From an uncultured delta proteobacterium (GTDB lineage: Bacteria; Desulfobacterota; RBG-13-43-22), in assembly GCA_963843145.1 (NCBI GenBank), contig CAWJJC010000002.1, positions 32,001 to 96,000 on the forward strand: a DNA stretch of 64,000 bases, read 5' to 3'. The position numbers and the translations under genes are program-made. The notes under the pieces were generated by a model that was not told the DNA's origin, did not search any database, and saw nothing but the letters and a program-made list of their open reading frames with translations. Shown piece after piece: positions 8,971 to 18,139 of this stretch; the first letter of the stretch is position 1; each line of letters begins with the position of its first letter.

Positions 8971-10181
8971 CAGAACACAAAAAATACATCATCCTGGTCG
9001 GCGACGGCATGGGAGACTATCCGGTGGAGGAGCTGGACGGAAAAACTCCGCTGGAAGCGGCCCGGACTCCCTTTATGGATCGGCTGGCCGCCCAGGGAAT
9101 TATGGGCTTTGCCCAGACCGTTCCGTCGGCCTGCGAACCGGGCAGCGATATCGCCAACCTGAGCCTCATGGGCTATGACCCCCTGACCTACCATACCGGA
9201 CGGGCCCCCCTGGAGGCCGCCAGCCTGGGGATCCGATTGAAGGATCAGGAAGTCGCCTTTCGCTGCAACCTGGTTCACCTGGAACATCGTTCCGCGGACT
9301 CCGTCTTTATGGACTCTTACAGCGCCGGTCACATCTCCAGCGAGGAGGGCCGGTTCCTGATTCAGGCCTTGAACGATGCGCTGGGAGAATCGGGACGGAC
9401 CTTTTACCCCGGTGTCAGCTACCGGCATTTGCTGGTCTGGGACGGGGGAGATCCCGCCCTGAAGACCCGGCCTCCCCACGATTTGACCGGCCAGGACGTG
9501 ACGGCCTATCTCTTTAAAGACCCATCGCTGGAACCGGTGACCGATTTGATCCGCCGGTCCTGGCCGGTGCTGAAAGACCACCCGATCAACCGGGGGCGGA
9601 AAGGGCAGGGGAAAGTGCCGGCCAACTCCATCTGGCTCTGGGGCCAGGGAAAGCGGCCGTCCATGCCTCTTTTCCAAGAGAAATACGGTCTGTCCGGCGG
9701 GATCATTTCCGCGGTCGACCTGCTGCGGGGGCTCGGCACCTGCCTGGGCTGGGAGATTCTGCGGGTGCCCGGGATAACCGGGTACCTGGATACCAATTAC
9801 CAGGGCAAGGCGGAAAAGGCCCTGGAGGCCCTCAAGAAGCTGGACCTGGTCTACGTCCACGTGGAAGCGCCGGACGAATCCTCCCATGAGGGCAGCCTGG
9901 AAAATAAAATCAAGGCCATCGAGGATTTCGACCGGGAGGTCGTGGGCCGCGTCTGGGAGGGCCTGAAGGCCTTCGAGGACTATTCCATCATGGTCGTCAC
10001 CGATCATTTTACCCCCATCTCCCGGATGACCCATACCCGCGAACCCGTCCCGCTGGTGGTCTTCCGTTCCACGGCCCCCCCGCGGAATCCCCGGGTCCGG
10101 GGTTTTTCCGAACGGTCGGCCATAGAAGGGGAAGTGGCTTTTCTCAAAGGAGATGAATTGATGGCTTGGTTTCTCAGCTAA
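8964..10181 (+). CDS. apgM: cofactor-independent phosphoglycerate mutase-like protein (ApgM / proposed homoserine kinase family)
   Basis: ILVGDGMGD, KTPLEAA, PGSDIANLS, YPGVSYRH, HVEAPDESSH, TDHFTP. Confidence 0.9.
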   Translation: MKSEHKKYIILVGDGMGDYPVEELDGKTPLEAARTPFMDRLAAQGIMGFAQTVPSACEPGSDIANLSLMGYDPLTYHTGRAPLEAASLGIRLKDQEVAFRCNLVHLEHRSADSVFMDSYSAGHISSEEGRFLIQALNDALGESGRTFYPGVSYRHLLVWDGGDPALKTRPPHDLTGQDVTAYLFKDPSLEPVTDLIRRSWPVLKDHPINRGRKGQGKVPANSIWLWGQGKRPSMPLFQEKYGLSGGIISAVDLLRGLGTCLGWEILRVPGITGYLDTNYQGKAEKALEALKKLDLVYVHVEAPDESSHEGSLENKIKAIEDFDREVVGRVWEGLKAFEDYSIMVVTDHFTPISRMTHTREPVPLVVFRSTAPPRNPRVRGFSERSAIEGEVAFLKGDELMAWFLS

Positions 10182-10202
10182 ACCGAATGGAAATGGAAAA
10201 GC

Positions 10203-10342
10203 TAAATTCGAAATCCGAAGCACGAAATCCGAAACAAATTCAAATGACCAAATTTCACAAATTCGAAACGTTTTAGTTTTGGTCATTTGTATTTTGAACA
10301 TTTAACATTGTTTCGGATTTCGGATTTCGTGCTTCGGATTTA
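10203..10342. repeat. heptamer-armed palindromic element (CGAAATC family), empty
   Basis: Left arm aaatccgaagcacgaaatccgaaaca and right arm tgtttcggatttcggatttcgtgcttcggattt. Confidence 0.85.
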
Positions 10343-10386
10343 TAGATCCTCTTGTTATAAATAAACCTATAAGGACATTGTACAAT

Positions 10387-10788
10387 ATGAAATACTTTAC
10401 TACCACCTATCGCGTCATCTACGGCGATGTGGATTCCATGCGGGTGGCCTACTATGCCAATTACCTGCGCTGGTTCGAGATCGGCCGGACGGAGCTGATC
10501 CGCAACCTGGGCCTGCCCTACATCGAAATGGAGGATAGGGGCTATCTGCTGCCGGTCTCGGAAGCCCACTTGAAATACGCCAAATCGGCCCGCTATGACG
10601 AGGTGATCCTGATCAACACCGGGGTCAATTACGTCAAAAAAGTCTCCATTCGCTTCGATTACCGGATCCTGAGCCAGGCCAACGAACTCCTGGTGGAGGG
10701 CTACACGGTCCACGGCTGCGTGGACCGGGAAGGGAAGATCGTGCGGCTGCCGGAGGTTTTGTATCAGGCTTTGGATAAATGGGATTAG
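10387..10788 (+). CDS. acyl-CoA thioesterase (YbgC/FadM hot-dog family)
   Basis: YRVIYGDVDSMRVAYYANYLRWFEIGRTE, SARYDE. Confidence 0.92.
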   Translation: MKYFTTTYRVIYGDVDSMRVAYYANYLRWFEIGRTELIRNLGLPYIEMEDRGYLLPVSEAHLKYAKSARYDEVILINTGVNYVKKVSIRFDYRILSQANELLVEGYTVHGCVDREGKIVRLPEVLYQALDKWD

Positions 10789-11351
10789 ATTAGTACGAAA
10801 AGATGAACATCGAACATTGAACGTCCAACATCGAACATCGAATTAAATACGAAAATACTGTTCGGAGAAGAAGTCGTAGGGCAGGCGTCTCGCCTGCCGA
10901 CCAGGTGAGGGGGATGGCTTTTTAGGGCTTCCACGGTAAGGTTTGGGATCCATCCTGACCTGGAGGGCCGAGCAGGGGACTATACGGTCCATGGCTGCGT
11001 GGACCGGGAAGGGAAGATCGTTCGACTGCCGGAGGTTCTGTATCAGGCTTTGGATAAGTGGGACTAGATTAGTTCGAATATAGATGAACATCGAACATCG
11101 AATCGATCCAACATCGAACATCGAATTATATACGAAAATACCGTTCGGAGAAGAAGTCGTAGGGCAGGCGTCTCGCCTGCCAACCAAGTGAGGGGGATGG
11201 CTTTTTGGGCTTCCACGGTAAGGTTTGGGACTCCATCTCTGACCTGGAGGGCCAAGCAGGGGGCTACACGGTCCATGGCTTTGTGGACCGGGAAGGGAAG
11301 ATTGTACGGCTGCCGGAGGTGCTGTATCAGATCTTGGATAAGTGGGATTGA
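10699..11351 (+). repeat. tandem repeat (units of 279 and 284 bp, ~2.3 copies) containing the last ~30 codons of the thioesterase gene
   Basis: Gene-end copies at 10699-10788, 10978-11067 and 11262-11351. Each spacer carries GAACATC heptamers and a GTAGGGCAGGCGTCTCGCCTGCC REP-like hairpin. Confidence 0.95.
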
Positions 11352-11356
11352 TACCA

Positions 11357-11572
11357 ATGAAGAAGGATAAAGAAAGAGACAAAGACGAATTACGGGCCAA
11401 GTACCAACGCTCCGACTTCCCCCATGGACTGGTGCGAGGGAAGTACACGAACCAAATGCCAGAATGGCAAAAACAAGAACTTGATAAGAGGTATCAAGCT
11501 TATAAAGCGGGAGAACAGAATCTTCATGATTGGCAATCCGTTCATGAAGAAATAAGAAATAAATATAAATGA
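11357..11572 (+). pseudogene. chimeric antitoxin: CopG/BrnA-like N-terminus joined to an addiction-module antitoxin C-terminus
   Basis: DELRAKYQRSDFPHGLVRGKY resembles the 12303 protein; it is followed by MPEWQKQELDKRYQAY..DWQSV. Confidence 0.7.
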
Positions 11573-11700
11573 GGCTTCGTTATATCAACAGGTCAAAAGA
11601 TGATGTTGAATTGGCTTTTTCCTGATATGAAAGGCAATGGAGGGGGCTTGGTTTTGAATTCTTGGATTGTGTCGAGGCCTCCTTACAAAACATCAGGGTT
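11569..11700 (+). pseudogene. RelE/ParE toxin remnant
   Basis: ATGA overlap with the antitoxin; MRLRYINRSKDDVELAFS*YERQWRGLGFEFLDCVE with an in-frame TGA at 11623; truncated near the REP. Confidence 0.75.
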
Positions 11701-11710
11701 TTTGTCTTTC

Positions 11711-11741
11711 GTCGTCATGCCGGACTCGATCCGGCATCCAG
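11711..11741 (+). repeat. REP-like palindrome
   Basis: gtcgtcatgccggactcgatccggcatccag. Confidence 0.8.
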
Positions 11742-11883
11742 TACATTCGAAAGGAGCATTTTGACGCCAGAAGGGATTGTCCTGTACTAAATTTTTCAAA
11801 TTCCCCTTGCACTCCACCAGGTGCATACTATTTCTTAAGGCAGACTTCAAATTTCGTCGTTAACGCGGAAGGGACAGTCAGCA

Positions 11884-12024
11884 ATGAGAGTCAAGTATTT
11901 TTCGGACACCGATACCACGCCAGTCGAATTCACAGATCACGAAGTAGAAGAAACAAAAGTGATCAACGAAAGCATATACGTTGACCTCGACCCCGATGTC
12001 ATTCGCTTGTTGTTCGCCGGCTAG
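11884..12024 (+). pseudogene. DUF2283-family (antitoxin-like) fragment
   Basis: MRVKYFSDTDTTPVEFTDHEVEETKVINESIYVDLD; C-terminal half missing. Confidence 0.7.
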
Positions 12025-12040
12025 GAAGAAGGGTCAAATC

Positions 12041-12334
12041 ATGATTGACTTCGAATGGGACCTTGGCAAAGCCGAAACGAACCTCCGGAAGCATCGTGTT
12101 GCCTTCAGCGAGACCGCCACTGTTTTCAGGTTCGGATCGAGCATGACGATTTATGATCCTGACCACTCCGATCAGGAATCGCGATATCTAACCGTCGGGA
12201 CTTCGAATACTGGTCGTTTTTTGATGGTTGCCCATACCGACCGGGGTGATCGAACCCGCATCATCAGCGCACGGGAATTAACCCGAAAGGAGCGTGAAGC
12301 CTATGAAAAAGAACTCCAAAGACGAAACCTCTGA
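12041..12334 (+). CDS. BrnT-family toxin
   Basis: FEWDLGKAETNLRKHRVAFSE..DPDHS..RIISARELT. Confidence 0.92.
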   Translation: MIDFEWDLGKAETNLRKHRVAFSETATVFRFGSSMTIYDPDHSDQESRYLTVGTSNTGRFLMVAHTDRGDRTRIISARELTRKEREAYEKELQRRNL

Positions 12335-12554
12335 TGAACTTCGTCCCGAATACGATCTCGCTAATTTGCTCAAGAAAGGTGTGCGAGGAAAATATTCCAA
12401 GCGCTACGAGCAAGGGACAAACCTCGTATTATTATCTCCCGACATCGCGAAAGCCTTCCCGACTGACGAAGCCGTGAATGAAGCTCTCCGGTTAGTTATC
12501 CAGTTGAAAAGGATTCCCAGGGGCGAGAAACGCACAGCAGCCAAGGCACGGTGA
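12303..12554 (+). CDS. BrnA/CopG-like antitoxin
   Basis: DELRPEYD..GVRGKY..TNLVLLSPDIAKAFPTDEAVNEALR; overlaps the toxin. Confidence 0.85.
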   Translation: MKKNSKDETSDELRPEYDLANLLKKGVRGKYSKRYEQGTNLVLLSPDIAKAFPTDEAVNEALRLVIQLKRIPRGEKRTAAKAR

Positions 12555-12672
12555 AAATGTTAGGCGCATGGGCGCCGCAGCCCCAATAAATTGGCGGTCT
12601 GGTCTGTTGGGGAGTTATACAGAAACATTAGTAATAGCTTGTTAAATTTCATCATATCAGAAAGGGTGGAAA

Positions 12673-13221
12673 ATGAAAAAATGTGCCTTTGTTCTCCCGG
12701 CTCTTTTGATTTTCTCGTTAACTGCATGTTCCCACTTATATGCCTCAACGCTACAGCATCTCCGCAGATAATAATGTGGCACTGAAATCTGTTGGTGTGA
12801 GTGGCATTAATGTTGGCACATTCATAGGTCCGACCGAATTTGATAACAGTTGCCGCGCCGCTGGCCCAATAGCTCCACCCGATAGTATGTCCTTTGAATC
12901 GTACATCCGGAAGGGCTGGCAGACGAATTGAAGGTGGCAGGCATGTTTGATGATCAGTCGCCGAACTCGCCTACAGGCGTAGTTGAGCAGTTGTCTTTCT
13001 CTTCTTCAAGAGGGTTAACTGGCGGTATTTGGGACATCGGTCTGCGTGTCAACTCATCTAACGGGAAATCTAATTTCGTTAGCGAGCACTACGAGTTCAA
13101 CAGCGGTTTCGATGCGCTAACAGCGTGCAAACAAACTGCCGAGGCATATCTGCCAGCCGTTCAAAACCTTATTGGCAAATTGGTAAAATCTGCAGACTTT
13201 AGAGGTTTGGTAACGCCATAA
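12673..13221 (+). CDS. putative lipoprotein, frameshifted, with integron-cassette-like flanks
   Basis: MKKC..LTACS lipobox; pieces 12740-12931 and 12928-13221; lower GC; stop TAA lies within CCATAAC. Confidence 0.65.
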
Positions 13222-13582
13222 CCAACGCTTTCAGCCAACCAAGCCATTCGATACCGGTTGCTCAATGGGAGTCAGCTCTAAATGATTTGCTAAACGCAGA
13301 TTTATTCGTTGAGAGAGGGCAGAAGGGAGAAGTTTTTCAAGTGACAAGTTTAGGATACCAAATTGCTGATATGATAGAATTCTAGCTATAGCATCACCTT
13401 GCACAGGACGCCAAGAGTCTGAGTTTGGTGCAGATTACCTGGCCCGGGTTAGGAAGGAACAGGAGTCGCGCAGATCAGAAAAAGAAATATCCCGAGCCTT
13501 AGAAAGATTAACGGTACTCGAGCTTAGGTAGAATTTGCTTGAAGGGTCAAGAGTGCAATGAGCAATTAAGTGGGAGCAAAAA

Positions 13583-15426
13583 ATGCCAAAAGAAGATTTT
13601 CTCGATGAAATAATTCAAAGTTATCCGGGAATACATTCCATTAAAAAGCATATAGGGACTAGACTTGCCTCAAATTATGCCATGGGAACCCGGAATAATT
13701 CGTCCTATAAACTTAGATTAGGGTCAGGGATCGATGTTGGGTTAAAGACGCCCTGATGATAATCTTAACGCGGTAATAGAAGCGTTAATTATTTAGACAG
13801 AAAAAACATGAATGCTGAAATGCATGATTCCGTTCATGAATTCAAGAACTTTTCACCCTCAAAGAAAAGGGCTTTGATTTTAGGACTGTGGGTCAAACAG
13901 GATTCCAACCGCAAAAAGGGATATTATGATCTCAAAGATAAAGGTGTCTACGGGGATTCCATGTATATGCCGCCAACAAAAATAGGATCTTCTCAGAGCA
14001 ATTTTTACTCATTGTCAAAAAAGAGAGATATCCCAACAATAGAAGAAATTGAAATTATCCTTCGAAAAATAGCTCTACCGGGAATTGAAGTTGACGAAAA
14101 TGTCTTTAAGAAAACCGTTGAAGGCAAACTGCCCTTTATTATAAGTAATGGACGAGGGATTCCGACCGGACTGGTGGGAGATTATAAAAAGGAATCTCGA
14201 AGAGTTGTCAAAGGAAGGGTGAAAAATGGCCCAAATTTCATATGACCCGGCAAAAAAAACCATAAAAATGTGGATAGCATGAAACATATTTTCGACTATT
14301 TCGAGAGCAAGGGCTTCTTATTTCCAAGGAGATCCTCACCCGGTATTTCCTCTCCTTAAAGACAAAGCCTTTTGTCATTCTTACCGGGATTTCCGGCACC
14401 GGAAAGACCAAGATCGCACAGATTTTTGCCGATTACATGTGTCAAGATTTATCACCGAGGAAAGGGAAGAGCGGATTGCCTTCGTGCCGGTTCGGCCCGA
14501 CTGGATGGATAATAAAGGCTTAATGGGTTATTATAACCTCCTGGATGAAAAGTATCATGCCACCCCCTTGTTGCGTCTGTTGATAGAAGCCGGTAGACAT
14601 CCGGAAAAACCGTATTTTGTTATCTTCGACGAAATGAACCTGGCCAAGGTGGAGACAGTATTTTTCCGATTTTCTGAGTATCATGGAGAGCCGAACAACC
14701 GGAAACCCTCGTGGGGAATTAGTGGATTTGCACGGCATGAGAGAGGCTGAAACGCCCGATGGGCTTAACCTATCCCGAAACGGTTCCCCATCCCACCGAA
14801 TGTCTATGTCACGGGAACTGTTAATGTCGATGAAACCACCTACATGTTCAGCCCGAAAGTACTGGACCGGGCGAACGTCGTTGAATTCAATGACATTGAT
14901 CTTAAAAATTATGAAAAAGGCGTCGTTTTCGATGACCAATTCAAGCTTAAAGATCCGGATATAAGAGAAAAGCTTCTTCCTGAAAATACTACGGCCCCTT
15001 TTTGCTCCAAAGCCGATTATAGTAAAGCTCTAAAGGTATCTCCCGAAGCCAATTATTTCCTGATAGAAATATTGGATATCCTCTATCCGTATAATCTTCA
15101 TTTCGGTTACCGAGTTGTTAACGAAATGTCGGCCTATTCATTTGCCTTGCCCGGGAAATGGTTGATAAGTTCGATTTGAATGACGCCATCGATATCCAGA
15201 TTGTCCAAAAAATTCTTCCCAAATTCCATGGAACCCAGGCGAAATTGGAAGAACCATTAAGAAGGCTTCTTGCGTTTTGCCTTGGCGACAATAGCGTTCC
15301 CGAGGTAACTTAGCTTAACTTTCCGGTTCTTTTGACAATAATGCCCGGTTCCCACGATCTTACCGAAAATTAGCCAGAATGATCCATAATCTAAGAACTC
15401 AAGGCTATACAAGTTTTATCGAGTGA
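13583..15426 (+). pseudogene. McrB-like AAA+ GTPase with unassigned N-terminal region (multiple frameshifts)
   Basis: KPFVILTGISGTGKTKIA (Walker A), VPVRPDW, FDEMNLA, GTVNVDETTYMFSPKVLDRAN, HFGYR, QKILPKFHG, GYTSFIE*. Confidence 0.85.
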
Positions 15427-15427
15427 C

Positions 15428-17081
15428 ATGCCTGTTCTTGCCTATTCGCCTGAAGTTCGAATGGCCATTGCCGATGATCCCCTTTTCCCCGGCGAAGAGA
15501 GGGTTCCCTTTTTGCCATCGGGATGGCGTACCATTAATTCTCCAGGAATGGCGGATCTACTTCGTCAAATTCTACGGCAATTCAGTCCCCCGACTTTTTT
15601 CCTCAATCCAGTTTTTATACCCAGCGGAGGTTTCCCGGCCACCTTTTTGAAATCACTTTTCGCAACGTCGTCGGGATGACCCGCATCGGCCCTGTTCAGG
15701 TCCGCCTGGAAAGCGCAAAAATCAGTGACCTTCTTTATAAAGCGATGTTGAATTATCTGGCCGAAAAGTACGCCAACCTGGTTTTTAGTTTCACCTCGCC
15801 TGTTGGGCAAGGGTATCGAAAAGAAAAACCAGGGCAGGATATCGTGTATATTGAGTATCTTTTTTTAAAAAAGTATTTATTGGACAGTTCACCCAACCTG
15901 GATGGCATTACCTCTCTGATTTTGTCCAACCCTCATCATTGTCTCGCGAGGGAATTCCGGTATAATTCCTTGAATGAGGTTGCCGAATATTTCTCACGAA
16001 ATGATGATCCAGATGTTCAACTCCGCCGACCGGTTTTCCATCCTTAGAAATGAACATCCCCTTTTGTCAACCACTTACGCAGGGACCCTGTTCGGGAGAA
16101 CAGGCCGCAGACTCTACCCGACCGAGGTGGTCGAAGAAAAGAAGCACCATAGTGTTGATACGAAAGAAAATCAGTTTATAAAATTTTTTTTGCAGTTGAT
16201 TCAGCGCCGGTTGAACAAGTTTAAAAGGGCGCTTGAAGGGATTACCGGCGGCTATCTCAATCCAGACATCGAAATCCACCTGGGAAAAATGGAACGGGGA
16301 ATTGGTGTTTTTTTAGCCGATCCGTTTTGGCAGGATGTCGGAGCCATGGACTACCTTCCGGTCAGTTCTCAAATTTTGCAACGACGTGACGGATACCGCC
16401 AATTGTTTAACCTCTATTCTCTTCTGCAACTATCCTCTTCATTGCGATTTCAATTCTCAGGATTTCAAAAATCTTTTGGAAACCAAAGACACCCCGACGC
16501 TATTTCAATACTGGTCTTTTTTTATCATCAAAGACCTCCTTGACGGCATTCGAAAAATGATTTCCTGCCAAACGGTTGTTTTGGCAGAGCCATTGGAGCA
16601 ACGGATTAACCGGGAATTCATATCCGGTATGAAGGCGACATTTCTTTATGGTTCAATAAATCTTTTCCAGGATCTCCAGGGTTTCGCCCCTCATCAATCG
16701 GGAAGTAAGGGCCATCATTAATGATAGTTATTCTCACACCTTACGGCCAGACATCGTCCTCTCCAAAGGCCATAAGCTTCTCATCTTTGACGCGAAGTTC
16801 AAGGGGGAGAGGAATGGTTTTTACGGTGAAGATATAGATGAAAAAATTTCCTCTTGGAAAGAAGCAGATATTGACAAAATGATACCTACCGGGAGGCGAT
16901 ACGGGGCGTCAGGGGCGCCTATATACTTTATCCCGGTGAAGAACCAATTATATTTTCCGCCCCTGATTCGGAAGGATTATGGGAAGGGGTTGGGGCTTTA
17001 CCATTGAAACCTGAAACGGGTGACCGCCCAGTTCAAAAACATTTAGATGACCTTAAAATAATAATCAATAATTTCATTTAG
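15428..17081 (+). pseudogene. McrC-like DUF2357 / PD-(D/E)XK nuclease (multiple frameshifts)
   Basis: DTKENQFIKFF, SQILQRRDGYRQ, LFQYWSF, SYSHTLRPDI, IFDAKF, DIDKM-TYREAI, AYILYPG, GVGALPLKP. Confidence 0.85.
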
Positions 17082-17134
17082 ACAGTTTTCAATGGTCCCT
17101 GCAAACTATAAGAAGCTGAGCGAAGAAGTTGACC

Positions 17135-17565
17135 GTGGAAAATAAGAATCGCACCTATATCTCATCTTGCGGTCTTGACTGCGGCTCCCGCTGTCTGCTC
17201 AAGGTTCAGGTGGAGGGAGGACAGGTAACAAAGATTACGACCGATGACCAACCCGGGCCCGGCCTGAAGGCCTGTGCCCGCGGACTGGCCCAGCGGGAAG
17301 TCCTGTACGCCGCGGATCGTCTCCGGGTCCCGCTGAAAAGGACGGGGGCCCGGGGGAGCGGGGAGTTCGAGCCCATATCCTGGGAAGAGGCCCTGGATCA
17401 GATCGCCAAAGAGCTGCGAAGGGTGAAGGGGCAATACGGCCCTCAGTCCGTCTTTCCGCTGGGGCATTCCGGCTCCATGAGCGCCTTGCACAATACCGGC
17501 CGGATGGGCTACCGCTTCTTTTCCCTCTTCGGCGGCTGCACGACCTGTTGGGGTAATACTTCCAT
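17135..17565 (+). pseudogene. displaced 5' fragment (~143 codons) of the molybdopterin oxidoreductase at 18140
   Basis: Colinear with 18140-18570 with mostly third-position differences; breaks after GNTS. Confidence 0.9.
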
Positions 17566-17712
17566 ATCAGGCATCGAAGGTTTCTTCTTGCCGGTTGTCC
17601 TTGGAACGGTAGATGGTCCGGGGGTTCTCGTTCGACCTTGAGGCTCACGACAGGTTCCGGGAGATAGGTTATTCGTTCTTGAGAGAATGTGGCCCGGATG
17701 ATATAGCGGGCT
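17566..17712 (-). mobile_element. IS91-family (Y2) transposase fragment
   Basis: Minus strand reads ARYIIRATFSQERITYLPE..IYRSKDNRQEETFDA, interrupted by a small REP-like hairpin. Confidence 0.65.
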
Positions 17713-17918
17713 TAGACTTCGCGGGGTATGCTGAACAATTCGATCACTAAAGGACATGGGGCTGAATTTTTATCTACGAATTGGCAATCTTCCTGATTGC
17801 ATTTAACAAAACTGTCTTTTTTATATTTGAGGCCGATATGAGTCTTATTTTTTAAAATAATCTTAACGTTCTCACTGACCACATTACAATAATAGTCTTT
17901 AATGTTCCTTTTCGCCAT
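17712..17918 (-). CDS. small Cys-containing hypothetical protein
   Basis: RBS GAGGG, 68 aa, four Cys (YYC..KCNQEDCQF..PCPL), AT-rich. Confidence 0.6.
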   Translation of the reverse strand: MAKRNIKDYYCNVVSENVKIILKNKTHIGLKYKKDSFVKCNQEDCQFVDKNSAPCPLVIELFSIPREV

Positions 17919-18139
17919 TTCTTATCCCTCAACAAATTTACATTAACAGCAACCCTTCATAGAATTTTTCTCCATTCTTGGATGCTTTATCAGCAGAAAA
18001 ATGATAAACGTAACTGGTCAAAATGTCAATGAATATCAAGTCACCTTTTTTCCCCTGAAATATGTCTATGATTTCTAAAGGCAAGAAGAGGTTTTTCTAA
18101 AAGCTTACAGCCAGGCCAAATCGCCATTCTATTCTCGAC

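Noticed and set aside
7825-10301. Long antisense ORFs (342 aa and 443 aa, and similar ones elsewhere)
   Set aside because: Shadows of GC-rich, codon-biased genes; no recognisable motifs.
10789-11260. CRISPR array
   Set aside because: Units are ~280 bp with homologous rather than unique spacers; no cas genes.
10699-11351. DGR template/variable repeat pair
   Set aside because: Differences are not adenine-specific (C/T, G/T, G/A) and are mostly synonymous; no intact DGR-type RT is nearby.
11623-11625. Selenocysteine TGA in the ParE-like gene
   Set aside because: The position corresponds to the family's Trp (W-Y-E), and the gene is also truncated.
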